A DNA stretch of 64,000 nt, taken from Octopus sinensis (Eukaryota). The DNA lies in the NCBI RefSeq assembly GCF_006345805.1, contig NC_042999.1, forward strand, positions 13,082,001 to 13,146,000, read 5' to 3'. A program made the position numbers and the translations under genes. The notes under the pieces are model-generated. The model was given only the letters and a program-made list of their open reading frames with translations, ran no database searches and was not told the DNA's origin. Within the stretch, counting starts at the first letter, position 1, and the number at the start of each line of letters is the position of its first letter. Below, piece by piece: positions 39,654 through 52,933 of the stretch.

Positions 39654-41789
39654 TTATATATATATTTCTTCATTGCCCACAGGGAGGCTAAACATAGAGA
39701 GAACAAACAAGGACAGACAAAGAGATTAAGTCGATTACATCGACCCCAGTGCGTAAATGGTGCTTGATTTATCGACCCTGAAAGGATGAAAGGTGAATGT
39801 GACCTCGGCAGAATTTGAACTCAGGACGTAGCGGCAGATGAAATACCGCTAAGCATTTCGCCCAACGTGCTAATGATTCTGCCATCTCACTGCCTTATAG
39901 ATAATCATCATGTAGGCATGAAAGATATTCTTTTCTACTCTAGGCACAAGGCTTGAAGGTTTTGGGGAGGGGGCTAGTCGATTAGATCGATGCCAATATA
40001 CAACTGGTACTTAATTTACTGACCCTAAAAGGATGAAAGGCAAAGTCGACCTTGACAGAATTTGATCTCAGAACATAAAGACAGACGAAATACCTATTTC
40101 TTTACTACCCACGAGGGGCTAAACACAGAGGAGACAAACAAGGACAGACAGACGGATTAAGTCGATTACATCAACCCCAGTGCATAACTGGTACTTATTT
40201 AATCAACCCCAAAAGGATGAAAGGCAAAGTTGACCCTAGCGGAATTTGAACTCAGAACGTAGCGGCAGACGAAATACCTATTTCTTTACTACCCACAAGG
40301 GGCTAAACAGAGGAGACAAACAAGGACAGACAGACAGATTAAGTCAATTACATCAACCCCAGTGTGTAACTGGTACTTATTTAATCGATCCCGGCGGAAA
40401 CTGAACTCAGAACATAGCGGCAGACGAAATACAGCTAAGCATTTCACCAGGCATGCTAACGTTTCTGCCAACCGCCTTTATATATATTATATAATGTTCA
40501 ATAGAATTAATGCATAACCACAGTTATGTATGTTTAGAAAAGAGTTCTGAAAATAGTACATTGACTCTGCTGGGAATTCTGCCAGTTGTGCTGAAACTAA
40601 AGCATGGTATGATTATTGGAATATTAGACAATCTTGACCCGTGTGAGTGGGTGTCTATGTGTATGTCTTGCTTTGTGAGATGTGTGTTCACATTTGTGAA
40701 ATGTGTGTGCGTATGTATACACCACACACATGCGCACACTTACGGAAGAATACAAATGGGGTTTAAAACTTAAGACGGCTTGTTCAATAGAAGTTTATTG
40801 ATGTATTCATAGATTATATCACAGCATAAATCCACTTTCTTCAGATATAATTTTAAACAGGCATCAACAGGTGAGGTTAAACCTTGATGATGACACATCC
40901 AACAAACTACTTATTGAATAAGTGATAATTTTAAAAAGAACGTATGATTTTATAGGGAAATTGGCAATAAAATGGACATACAAGAAACAAAGAACTGTAA
41001 TAACTCCATAGATTCAAACTGTTATCTTAATTCACTTATAGCCACAACATGCTATGATGGAGCACAAGGAAACAGACAGGCTGTATCTAAGAAATGGCCT
41101 CAGGGTCATTAGACCTATGTATCCTCATCATCATCATCATCATCGTTTAACATCCGTTTTTCATGCTGGCATGGATTGGACAGTTCAACTGGGGTCTAGG
41201 AAGCCAGGAGGCTGCACCAGGCCCAGTCTGATCTGGCAGTGTTTCTACTGTATATTTTAACAGACGTATGTTAATCATCATCATCATCATTGTTTAATGT
41301 CTGCTTTCCTTGCTGGCATGGGTTGGACTGTTTGACCGGGGTCTGGGAAGCCAGATGGCTGCAGCAGGCTCTAATCTTCATCTGGCAGTGTTTCTACAGC
41401 TGGATGCCCTTTCTAATGCCAACGACTCCGAAAGTGTAGTGGGTGCTTTTTCTATGTGCCACCGGCACAGGGGCTACAGGGGGTTGGTATCGACCACGAT
41501 CGGATGGTGCTTTTATGTGCCACCGGCATGGAAGCCAGTCAAGGCGGCATTGGCATCGGCCACATTCAGATGGTACTTTTTACATTCTACCAGCACGGGG
41601 ATCACAACTACAATTTCCATTTGATTGTGGTTTGATTTGATTACACACATACATATGTACATACCAAGGACATGCCACCTGGGTAGGCAAGGTAGGCAGT
41701 GCCGACCCTGAATAAAATAGATCGATAGTAACATTTTCCTTTTATGACAAAATATGCACCTAACTCAATATAATTACGAAGGTTACTCT

Positions 41790-42044
41790 GATTTATTTAC
41801 ATTATTTACATTTGACAGATATTTGTCCTCATCTTGTTTGTTGTTAACGCAACGTTTCAGCTGATATACCCTCCAGCCTTCATCAGGTGTCTTGGAGAAA
41901 TTTTGAACATGGGTTCTCATTCCTAAGGTATTTTTCGATGTTATTATTAATATTATTATTCAGGTCACTGCCTGGAATCGAACTCGGAAACTTGGGGTTA
42001 GTAAGCTGTGCTCTTAACGACTATGCCATATGCCCGTGGGCATA
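41790..42044 (-). mobile_element. tRNA-headed short element carrying a hammerhead ribozyme
   Basis: Minus strand: A box TGGCATAGTCG, B box GAGTTCGATTCC (41961-42035), (AAT)n spacer, hammerhead, then A-rich tail. Confidence 0.75.
41846..41891 (-). ncRNA. Minimal type-I hammerhead ribozyme motif, canonical core
   Basis: GACAC-CTGATGA-A-GGCTG gagggtatat CAGCT-GAAAC GTT-GCGTT; one stem-I mismatch, which reads GTGTT in the partial copy near 54740. Confidence 0.75.
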
Positions 42045-42869
42045 GATCTGTGTTACTCTGATTATTATGCATAAAATGCAAAATTTTTTTTTTTTTGTAG
42101 AATAAGTAGGCATAATTTTCCCTTGCCTTTCAATCTCAGTATTAAAACTACACATAGGACTGCTGTAGTACACGTGCTGCGTATATTCGTACAACAATGT
42201 CTTCTTTACACACTGTAAAGGCAGAAGTAATTCGGCCTCCAACTCAGTTGCACACCTGGGTTTCACTTATTTTTTTTTTTTGTGTTTTGCTACATAAACG
42301 TTACCAACTGCCTATCCTGAGTAATTACTCATGGCACATCCTGGTACATATATATATATATATATATACATACATAGCTTCCAGTTTCCGTCTACCAAAT
42401 CCACTCATAAGGCTTTGGTCGGCCCGAGGCTATAGTAGAAGACACTTTTCCAAGATGCCACACAGTGGGACTGAACCTGGAACCATGTGATTGGTAAGCA
42501 AGCTACTTACCACAATGTGTGTGTGTGTATGTGTGTGTGTGTGTGTGTGTATGTGTGTGTGTGTGTGTGTATGTGTGTGTGTTGTACTGTTCCATTATTG
42601 GTAGGATCAAACAAAAAAGTACTCCATCCAGCATGAGATAAATATCATTTAATAGTGTTACTAAAAGCTTTATGCTCAGACTGTATAGTAACCAGAAAAG
42701 CTTGTGTATTGTGTTATGTACTATCTTGCAATCAGTTAAGCTTGCAAAAAACAAGAAAGGAAAAAACAATAAATGTACATATGCTATACAAGTCTGATCA
42801 GTTACTGTTCTGAGTATGAAACTTATAATCGTCTGTCACATTTAAATCCTGTGTTTATTAAATTATACA

Positions 42870-42908
42870 AGTATCTGTCTGTCTGTCTGTCTGTCTGTCT
42901 ATTATCTA

Positions 42909-42961
<53 letters not shown>

Positions 42962-42968
42962 TTATCTA

Positions 42969-43031
<63 letters not shown>

Positions 43032-43032
43032 A

Positions 43033-43083
<51 letters not shown>

Positions 43084-43105
43084 CTGTTTGTCTGTCTGTC
43101 TGTCT
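42870..43105. repeat. (TCTG)n microsatellite
   Basis: Direct inspection. Confidence 0.95.
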
Positions 43106-43300
43106 ATATACATATATATGTATATATATTTATGTATGTCATCATCATCATCATCATTGTTGTCTGCTTTCCATGCTAGCATTGGTTGGACAGTTTGACT
43201 GTATGTATGTATGTATGTATGTATGTATATACATGTATGTGCATATATATCCACACACACACCATGTATGTATGTATGTATGTTATGTATTCATATATAT

Positions 43301-43468
43301 AAAGTTAATCCAAACATGAAAACACAAAGAGAAAGCACAACAACGCAAGGACGTGGAACAAGTATCGTGTTATTGGACACTCAGGAAAGGAAAGAAAGAA
43401 AGAGGGTTTAACATTTCAAGTGGAGCTCTTCGTCAGAAACATAGGAAAAGGAAAGATCCAAAGAAGGG
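43301..43468 (-). mobile_element. Penelope-like pseudo-LTR with hammerhead (43406-43440)
   Basis: Minus strand GTTT-CTGACGA-A-GAGC tcc aCTt-GAAAtGTT-AAAC; (TA)n on both sides. Confidence 0.7.
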
Positions 43469-44479
43469 ATATATATATATATATATATGTACATAAATAT
43501 ATATCTATACATGAGAGCTGTCGGCGTACATAAATACTTATACACACAGGCATAGATCATCTGTTCACACCCATCATATACATATACGCATACATGTCCA
43601 TATGCACCCCCACACACACACACACACACGCATAGATGTATTTATTGTAAAAAATTCAAAAGAACAAGTTGTATGTTTAAGACTAAACGAAAGGTGTGTT
43701 ATTTAATATATTGTGTACTCCACCCTTACTTCTTGTACTTGGGTTTTACCTTGTGACTGAGTGACTTAGCAGGAAAGACTCCCACATGATGATGTAAATA
43801 ATAATGATAATTATTGCTCCGATAAAGATTATTTCTTCTATTGTAGGCAGTCTAGAAAAATATGTAGTGAATATCCAAAAAATAAATAATTGCCAAAAAG
43901 TGACATGTAACGTTTTTAATGAAGGAGGAAACACTTTGAATGAATATAAAAAAAAGTGTTACAATATTTTGTGAAAAGAAAATTGCAAAGAACATTTCAA
44001 TAATTATTGGTAGAATGGAGCTGGTGGTGGTGGCGGCAGCAGCAGTAGTGGTGGAGGATTCTGCTTCTTATTTGCTCTTGTAATTTTGGTTGGTGAATTC
44101 TGAAGATATTCTGTGAAAGAGTCATATGTTGAATAATGCTTTAATTCTTTTTTAATTCTTTGTTGAAGAATTTTTCAATTGCCCGCAAACTTGGCAAAGT
44201 GTTAGATAGAAAAAGTAACAAAGAAATAAAAAGAAAAGAAAAAAAAAGAAAGAAAAACAGCAACGAGAAGTAAAAAAAGCCCGACTACTTGATGGTTTGA
44301 AGAGGTATTATTGGTCCAGTGAAGGAGCTGTTATTTTGCCTGTTGACATTCTCAGGTTAATGGTTCAATGTCTTTTTAATAAATCTCAACTATCTTTAAA
44401 ATCACAATATCACAGTATCGACCAGGCCACCAGATGCTGTTTTACAACACTGCTCACAATGCACTTCCAATTTTGTTTT

Positions 44480-44640
44480 GATTGTGGCGTTCTTTCCCAT
44501 CTTGACCAAACCATCTTCTCATTGTTGTGGAGGCCTTCCAAGGGGCCTTTTCCAGTCTCTTGGATACCATTTGGCAACAGCACAGGTCCACCTGTTGTCT
44601 ATGACCCTTGTGATGTGCCTAACCCCATCAGAACTTGTGC
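44480..44640 (-). mobile_element. RTE-1-like LINE C-terminal fragment (third family)
   Basis: Minus-strand frame HITRVIDNRWTCAVAKWYPRDWKRPLGRPPQQ*ED. Confidence 0.8.
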
Positions 44641-46721
44641 TTTTGGTATTCTGCAATTACCACATTTTAATATGTATAAGGAACTCTCTTTTTTTGTCAA
44701 AAATTAGCCTTAAAAAATATGGGATTTTCTTATACATGGATGATATTATTGGAAGCACTCCATCGGTTACGATGACGAGGGTTCCGGTTGATCCAATCAA
44801 CGGAACAGCCTGCTCGTGAAATTAACGTGTAAGTGGCTGAGCACTCCACAGACACGTCTACCCTTAACGTAGTTCTCGGGGATATTCAGCGTGACACAGA
44901 GAGTGACAAGGCCGACCCTTTGAAATACAGGTACAACAGAAACAGGAAGTAAGAGTGAGAGAAAGTTGTGGTGAAAGAGTACAGCAGGGATCACCACCAT
45001 CCCTGCCGGAGCCTCGTGGAGCTTTAGGTGTTTTCGCTCAATAAACACTCACAACGCCCGGTCTGGGAATTGAAACCGCGATCCTATGACCACGAGTCCG
45101 CTGCCATAACCACTGGGCCATTGCACCTCCACGGATGTTATTATAATCCTTTACAAAACCTTTTTCAAAATTTTATAATTTGGTAGGTGGAAACTGAAAG
45201 AAGCTTATCACATATACATTTATATGTGTGTGTCTTTGTGTCTGTGTTTGACAAGTTGTGTTGGTATGTTTATGTCCCCACAGCTTAGCAGTTTGACAAA
45301 AGAGACCAATAAAATAAATTATTAGTATTATAATCCGTTACAAAACCTTTTCCCAAATTTTAAGCCCCAGAAATTAGGAGGTTCCTTATACATATTACAA
45401 TACGGTACATTGTTAACTCCTTTCCATTCTTGAATTATCTCATTTTGAATAGGCTCCCTTAATAATATTCCCAGCAGGGATTTTTCATGGCCCTTTGGCT
45501 TGTAGCCAATTGATGTTTTATACTCCACTTAGTAAAAACTTAGAACATGTCCTACAATTAAAATGGGATAAATCATAGCTGAAACATGGATTGATCAAAT
45601 ACTGCAATTTACCCCAGAACCAGCATGTTAGATATCAAGTATCAGAACGTCCTCAGCATCACAACATGGAGGGAGATTTTCAGTTTGTTATTTTTGTAGT
45701 AGATTCTAATAGATGCAGGCATAGCTGCATGGCAGGAAGCTTGCTTCCCAACCATATGATTCTGGGTTCAGTCCCACTGTGTGGCACTTTGGGCAAGTGT
45801 GTTTTACTATAGCCTTGTGCCAACCAAAACCTTGTGAGTGTATTTGGTAGGCAGAAATTGAAAGAAGCTAAGGCGGCGAGCTGGCAGAAACGTTAGCACA
45901 CCGGGCAAAATGCTTTGTGGTATTTCGTCTGCCGCTACGTTCTGAGTTCAAATTCCGCCGAGGTCGACTTTGCTTTTCATCCTTTCAAGGTCGATAACTT
46001 AAGTACCAGTTATGCACTGGGGTCAATATAATTGTCTTAATCCGTATGTCTATCCTTGTTTGTCCCTTCTGTGTTTAGCCCCTTGTGGGTAGTAAAGAAA
46101 TAGGTATTTTGTCTGCCGTTACGTTCTGAGTTCAAATTCCACTGAGGTCAACTTTCAGGGTCGATAAATTAAGTACCAGTTACGCACTAGGGTCGATGTA
46201 ATCGACTTAATCCGTTTGTCTGTCCTTGTTTGTCCCATTTATGTTTAGTCCCTTATGGGTAGTAAAGAAATAAGAAACTGAAAGAAGCTTGTCACATATA
46301 CGTTTACATGTGTGTGTCTTTGTGTCTGTGTTTGTCCCCTACCATAGCTTGTGGTGTCTTTACATCCCCACAGCTTAGCAGTTCGACGAAAGAGACTAAT
46401 ATAATAGATGCCAAGTTTAAAAAAAAAAATGAAATATTTTTCAAGGCAATACCCCAGCTTGGCCACACTCTAACGATTGAAACAAGTAAAAAACAACTGA
46501 TAAAAGATGATTATGTTTCTGCTTAAGTATGATATATATACAACATCATAACATATTGTGTTCTGTTTTATGAGATTCTTTTGTAATGATGTATTCATTC
46601 CCTCTGTAACTGGAAACTTTTCATTCATGTAGAATGCTGTATGTGTATGGTTTGTGTCTTTTAACTGGGTGTTGCTTCTGTTGTATGTCTGTTTTTCTCA
46701 TAAAATTTCCTTATCTAAACT

Positions 46722-46867
46722 TCTTTAGTGGATGAGAATTTAAAAGCTTGTCTAAAATGGGATTTGACTACAGATATCTTTTATCTGTAGGACACACACA
46801 TATATATATATATGTGTCCTACAGATAAAAGATATCTGTAGTCCTACAGATATCTTTTATCTGTAGG

Positions 46868-46918
<51 letters not shown>

Positions 46919-46990
46919 GTCCTACAGATAAAAGATATCTGTAGTCAAATCCCATTTTAGACAAGCTTTTAAATTCTCATCCACTAAAGA
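46722..46990. repeat. Nested inverted duplication around two (CA)n(TA)n tracts
   Basis: 73-bp arms 46722-46794 and 46918-46990, plus two further inner inverted copies of CTACAGATATCTTTTATCTGTAGGACA. Confidence 0.9.
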
Positions 46991-47195
46991 TGTGCGCCAT
47001 AGGTGCAGGAGTGGCTGTGTTGTAAGTAGCTTGCTTACCAACCACATGGTTCCAGGTTCAGTCCCACTGTGTGGCACCATAGGCAAGTGTCTTCTGCTAT
47101 AGACTCGGGCCACTGAAAGCCTTGTGAGTGGATTTGGTAAACGGAAACTGAAAGAAGTCCATCGTATATAGAATATATATGTATATATGTATGTA

Positions 47196-47240
<45 letters not shown>

Positions 47241-49186
47241 GTTTGTCCTCAAGTAAAAGAATACATATATATATATATATATATGTATGTATACAAGTGT
47301 GTGTGTGTAACATGGAACCAGCATAGCTGTTTTCTTAAAAAGTTCACTTTCTAAATATATGGTTTTAGGTTCAGTTCCACTGTACAACAACTTGGACAAG
47401 TATCTTCTACTATAGCTCTGGGCCAACTAAAGCCTTGTGAGTGGATTTGAAAGATGGAATCTGAAAGAAGCCCAGCATAATGTGTGTGTATGCATGCGTG
47501 TGTGTGAGAGAGAGTATGAGTGAGTGTATGTTTGCAGCTTTGTCTTAACATTACATTGTAGTTGTGAAAATGAGTGTCTCTGTCATACAAGTGGTGTCAT
47601 TTATTTCCAGTATTCTGCAAGAACACCTGTCAGGCCATGGGGTAATGTTACCTCACTTGGAAACAGGTGATGGTTAGCATCAGGAAGAGCATCTGGCTGC
47701 AGAAAATCTGCTTCAAAAAACTCCATCTGACCTTTGCAAGCATGGAAAAGTGAACCTCAAAACGATTTATATATATGTATTTGTCTATGTTTAGTGTGGA
47801 GGCACATGGCCTTGTGGTTAGAGCAGGGATCACGAGTTCAAATCTCAGACCGGGCGATGTGTGTGTTTATGAGCGAAACACCTAAGCTCCATGCAGCTCC
47901 AGCAGAAGGTAATGGCAAACTTCTGCTGACCTTTTCCTCCTGCATCTTGCAGCTCACCTGCGATGGACCGGTGTCCCATTCAGGTGGGGAACCAATACAC
48001 CAAGGAAAGCGGGAAACTGGCCCTTATTAGCCAGTTTCAACATCAAAAAATCAAATGTGATACCTGTACCGGTGGCACGTAAAAAGCACCATCCAAACAT
48101 GGCCGATGCCAGCGCCACCTTGACTGTCTTCCATGCCGGTGGCACGTAAAAAGCACCAACTGATCATGGCCGTTGCCAGCCTCCCCTGGCACATAAAAAG
48201 CACTCACTATACTCACGGAGTGGTTGGCGTTAGGAAGGGCATCCAGCTGTAGAAACACTGCCTGATCAGACTGGAGCCTTGTGCAGCCTCCTGGCTTCCC
48301 AGACCCCGGTCGAACCATCCAACCATGCTAGCATGAAAAACGAACGTTAAATGATTATGATGATTTTCAAATCTACTGTAGGTATTGCAGTGTGTTTTTT
48401 GTACAGAAAAGTTACTTTTTATTACATCAATCCAATTATACGTCAAGAATAGATAACAGATTTTTCTGGTGTTAAAGGTCAATGGAATTGATTATTCATT
48501 CGTGTTTGCTTCTGCAGTCATGAAGGGTTAAGGTCAAACCATGTCATGCCTAGGAAAAAGTCAAAAATGGTTGCAGTAAATATATGCAAAGAAAAGAAGC
48601 AAAAAAAAAAAAACCCAAACAAATAATGATAACCATTGACTGTCTAAATGATTGTCTGTTGAATAAATAACAAATACCACATTGCTGAATGAATAGCTAC
48701 GAAATGTCTATGGGGGGAGCTTCTGCATGGTTCCATCGTCTGCTAAAAATAACAAGCAATTCTGCTTTAAATCACACCCCTACAGCAGTGATTCTCAACT
48801 CTTTGATTTCTGGGACACACTTTGATTTAAATGGGGTTTTTTCTTTTCTCATGGGCCTAAAATTTTTTAAATGTTTGACTGCGCAAAGAGTTATATTTCA
48901 TTAATTCAACTAACGAGAAACTCGTTTTCCAAGTTGCATTTCTGTTAGTGAATAAATATATTCTTTTATTCTTTCACTTGTTTCGGTCATTTGACTGCGG
49001 CCACACTGGGGCAGTGCCCTTAGTCGAACAAATCGGCCCCAAGACTTATTCTTTGTAAGCCTAGTACTTATTTCTTCAGTCTTTTTTGCTGAACTGCTAA
49101 ATTACTGGGACATAAACACACCAACATCAGTTGTCAAGCGATGGGGGGGGGGTACAAACACACACACACGCATACTCACACACACA

Positions 49187-49217
<31 letters not shown>

Positions 49218-49389
49218 CAACAGGCTTCTTTCAGTTTCCATCTAGTAAATCCTCTCACAAGGTTATTGAAGAAGACACTTGCCCAAGGTGCCACACAGTG
49301 GGACTGAACCCAGAACCATGTGTTTGGGAAACAAACCACTTACCACACAACCACACCTCTGTTTATGATTATTTGTATCTTAGTAGTTA

Positions 49390-49772
49390 CTAGCAGTATC
49401 GCCCGGCGTTGCTCAGGTTTGTAAGGGAAATAACTATAAAGCATTTTTAGAGAGTTATAGCCAAAAATTAGCAAAAAAATGGAACAAAAATGATGGTAAA
49501 TTTTTTTTGAGAGTTAAAAAAGGTGGAGTTGCGTCCCCTAGACGGTCTGTGGTTTAGGTTTCTGATTCTCGACCCATGTCGAATTTATCGATTTTTTTCA
49601 GAACTGGGGGAACTTTTCAAAATTTTCGCTGCGTTAGTTTTGAATTATGACATTGGGCTATGTGTGTGTCAAGTTTCATCAGAATCGGTTGAAAGCCGTG
49701 GTCAGAGTGAGGGTACGAGAAAACAGACACACAGAAAACGCACAGACAAACTGCCGTTTATATAGAGAGAGA
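49390..49772 (-). mobile_element. Non-autonomous Helitron (same family as 28528-28907)
   Basis: Reverse complement has TC start, same body, hairpin and CTAG end at an A|T site. Confidence 0.85.
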
Positions 49773-49899
49773 TTAATTTTGTTAGAAATCATTTGAAATT
49801 TTGAATGCAGTTTGAAATTCCACAGTACTACCTATGTGGATACCCAAGGGTTCATTGACCCCATCTTGGAGTCAATGGAGAAGTGAGGAAGGTGAGTAT

Positions 49900-50885
49900 A
49901 TGTGATGGGATGAGGGGTTAAAGTATGAAAGAAGGACCAGAACAGTGAAGGTTTCTTATGGAAGGACATATTGGGCAATGTGGTTCTGTATATAGGGTTT
50001 ATAAAAAGTGGGGTTTCAAACAGTTTATTCATCCAAGGATCTGAAGAGTCAAAGAAATAGAGGAGCGAATCCACCTTTCTGATCCCTTCTGTTGCCTCCA
50101 AAACATGTCACAACTCTCTTGAATTCTTAAAGGGCTCCCACCACCCAGGCCTGAAGTCAGTCTTATTCCTCCTTGCCAAATTTCTCCGAGAGGCCTGCCT
50201 GGATAAACAAAATGGTAAGCAGGTCATAGGTGATTGGATGAGGGGTTAAAGTATGAAAGAAGGACCAGAACAGTGAAGGTTTCTTATGGAAGGACATATT
50301 GGACAATGTGGTTCTGTATATAGGGTTTATGAGAAGTGGGGTTTCAAGCAGTATATTTATCCAAGGATCTGAAGAGTCAAAGAAATGGAGGAGCGAAACC
50401 GCCTTTCTGATCCCTTCTGTTGCCTCCAAAACACATCATAATCCTTTTGAATTCTTAAAGGGTTCCCACCACCCAGGCCTGAAATCAATCTTAATCCGCC
50501 TTGCCAAATTTCTCCGAGAGGCCTGCCTGGATAAACAAAATGGTAAGCAGGTCATAGATGATTGGATGAGGGGTTAAAGTATGAAAGAAGGACCAGAACA
50601 GAGAAGGTTTCTTGGAAGGACATATTGGGCAATAGGGTTCTGTATATAGGGTTTATAAGAAGTGGGGTTTCAAACAGTATATTCATATAAGGATCTGAAG
50701 AGTCAAAGAAATTGAGGAAATAAATCACCTTTCTGATCCCTTCTGTTGCCTCCAAAACATATCACAACTCTCTTGAATTCTTAAAGGGCTCCCACCACCC
50801 AGGCCTGAAATCAGTCTTATTCCTCCTTGCCAAATTTCTCCGAGAGGTCTGCCTGGATATACAAAATGGTAAGCAGATCACAGCT
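49900..50885. repeat. Tandem triplication of a ~327-bp complex unit
   Basis: Equivalent ORF-track starts at 50101, 50429 and 50755 (periods 328 and 326); units similar but not identical. Confidence 0.95.
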
Positions 50886-52331
50886 GGAATATCTTTGATC
50901 ATATTGATCGGCTTTGGCCTGCAGCCAAGCAACTGCAACATCAAATAACCACCATCAGTCTGGTGAACAAATAGCAAAAAATCTACCATTGTAAAAAGAC
51001 GGAAACAACTGTTCTGGTGGAATTATTAATAATTACAACAAATAACACTGTGAACAATAGATTTGTAATTCTCAAGTGACCGATGAATCCACTATGTGGT
51101 TGCTCAGCATGCTAAAAATAGTACCCAGATATTTCGTTTTTGGATTTGGTTTGCAAGATTCTTTATATGAGTTCGTGTGTTGAAGCATATTCTGTTGTGT
51201 CTGGGGAGAGTCATCTTTTTTTTGTGCCTTATTATGTAACACACTCACTGGTAAAATTTCCAAGGAGTCAAGACTATTAAAAAGGTTGCAAGACGCAATG
51301 AAAATTTTAGGAAAATAACGTTACCAGTGTCGCCTTACTGGCACTTGTGCCCGTGCTAGTAGGGTGCTAAGAGCACCATCTGAGCATGATCGTTGCCAGA
51401 GCAGCTAACTGGCGTCCATGCGGGTGGTACATAAAAGGGCAACATTCAAGCGTGATCGTTATCAAAGTCACCTTACTGGCACCTGTGCTGGTGGCATGTG
51501 TAAAAGGATTCGAGCGACGTCATTGCCAGTACCGCCTGACTGGCCCGTGTCAGTGGAATGTAAAAAGCACCCACTACACTCATGTAGTGGTTGGCATTAG
51601 GAAGGGCATCCAGCTGTAGAAACTCTGCCAAATCAAGATTGGATCTGGTGCAGCCATCTGGTTCGCCAGCCCTCAGTCAAAATCGTCCATCCCATACTGG
51701 CATGGAAAGCGGACATTAAACGATGATGATGATGATGATGAAGAAAAATAAGTGGAAATGTTACTGTTGGGTGTGTTACATGATAAGGCACAAAAAGAAA
51801 ACGACTCTCCCCAGACACCACAGAGTACCCAGATAGTCCTCTCTGAAACCACGCTCACCTTGAGAAAAATGTAAGGAGGGGATATTTCACAATGCAGTCC
51901 TTGATACACAAAAAGATGGGATGTTTGTGTTTGCAGCTTTAATCTTAGGTCTGTTTTGGTCAATGCTGACCCTGGGCTACACAGCAGGAACCGTAGCAAC
52001 ACAAATTGATTACATAAAGAACAATAATGTAGCTCACACTTACGCATAATTCTAATTTTGTATGTGTGGTTGTATGTGTGTATGGCCGTACACATCTACA
52101 TTACATTTATAAGCTACTATGCATACATTCATTGATGTTCTTTTGCTTGTTTCAATCAATTGACTGTGGTCATGCTGGAGCACTGCCTTTAGTCGAACAA
52201 ATCGACCCCAGGACTTATTCTTTGTAAGCTTAGTACTTATTCTATTGCTCTCTTTTGCCGAACTGCTAAGTTTCAGGGATGTAAATACACCAACATCAGT
52301 TATCAAGTGATGGCGAGGAAACAGACATACA

Positions 52332-52373
<42 letters not shown>

Positions 52374-52376
<3 letters not shown>

Positions 52377-52584
52377 CCATGTTGATTCGCTAGCCTCTGC
52401 ATGCATTTTTTTTCTCTCCTTGTTTCTTTCTGTGTTTCTTTTCTGTGTATCTTTCTGTTGAAGAGCATAGGCTCGAAATGTAAAAGACTTGTTTTATTTA
52501 TATTCCTGAGCGCCATACTAATACAATTGTTTGTTTGTATTCCACCTGCCTTCGTCTTTTGTTTATTTTCATAAAGCTTCCCGT
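52374..52584 (+). mobile_element. Penelope-like pseudo-LTR with hammerhead motif (52451-52486)
   Basis: CTTT-CTGTTGA-A-GAGC atag GCTC-GAAAtGTA-AAAG; between (TA)n tracts. Confidence 0.65.
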
Positions 52585-52743
52585 TATACATATATATATA
52601 TATATATAAAATATGAATTAGAGATAAAACCACTATTATGCAACTCAAACAGTGATAGACATAAACCAATACATAAATAACAAATAATATATAGTAATAC
52701 AATATATAATATATATATATATATATTTATTTTTTTAATATTT

Positions 52744-52785
<42 letters not shown>

Positions 52786-52872
52786 ATAGTAATGGTAAGA
52801 TAACAAAAGAATGAAAGAGATCTGGATATTATGTAAATAGAGGAATTTTTCTGTAAATTATTTGGTTTCCAT

Positions 52873-52933
52873 GATAAAACTCCGAGTTTCGAATGTTTGG
52901 AAGGAAACTTGCACTGGTATCTCTTCAGTTATC
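52873..52933 (-). ncRNA. Hammerhead-like motif with degraded stem II, in a (TA)n-flanked element (52783-52951)
   Basis: Minus strand GATAA-CTGAAGA-[31 nt]-GAAA CTC g GAG T T-TTATC: perfect 5-bp stem I and near-palindromic stem III. Confidence 0.6.
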
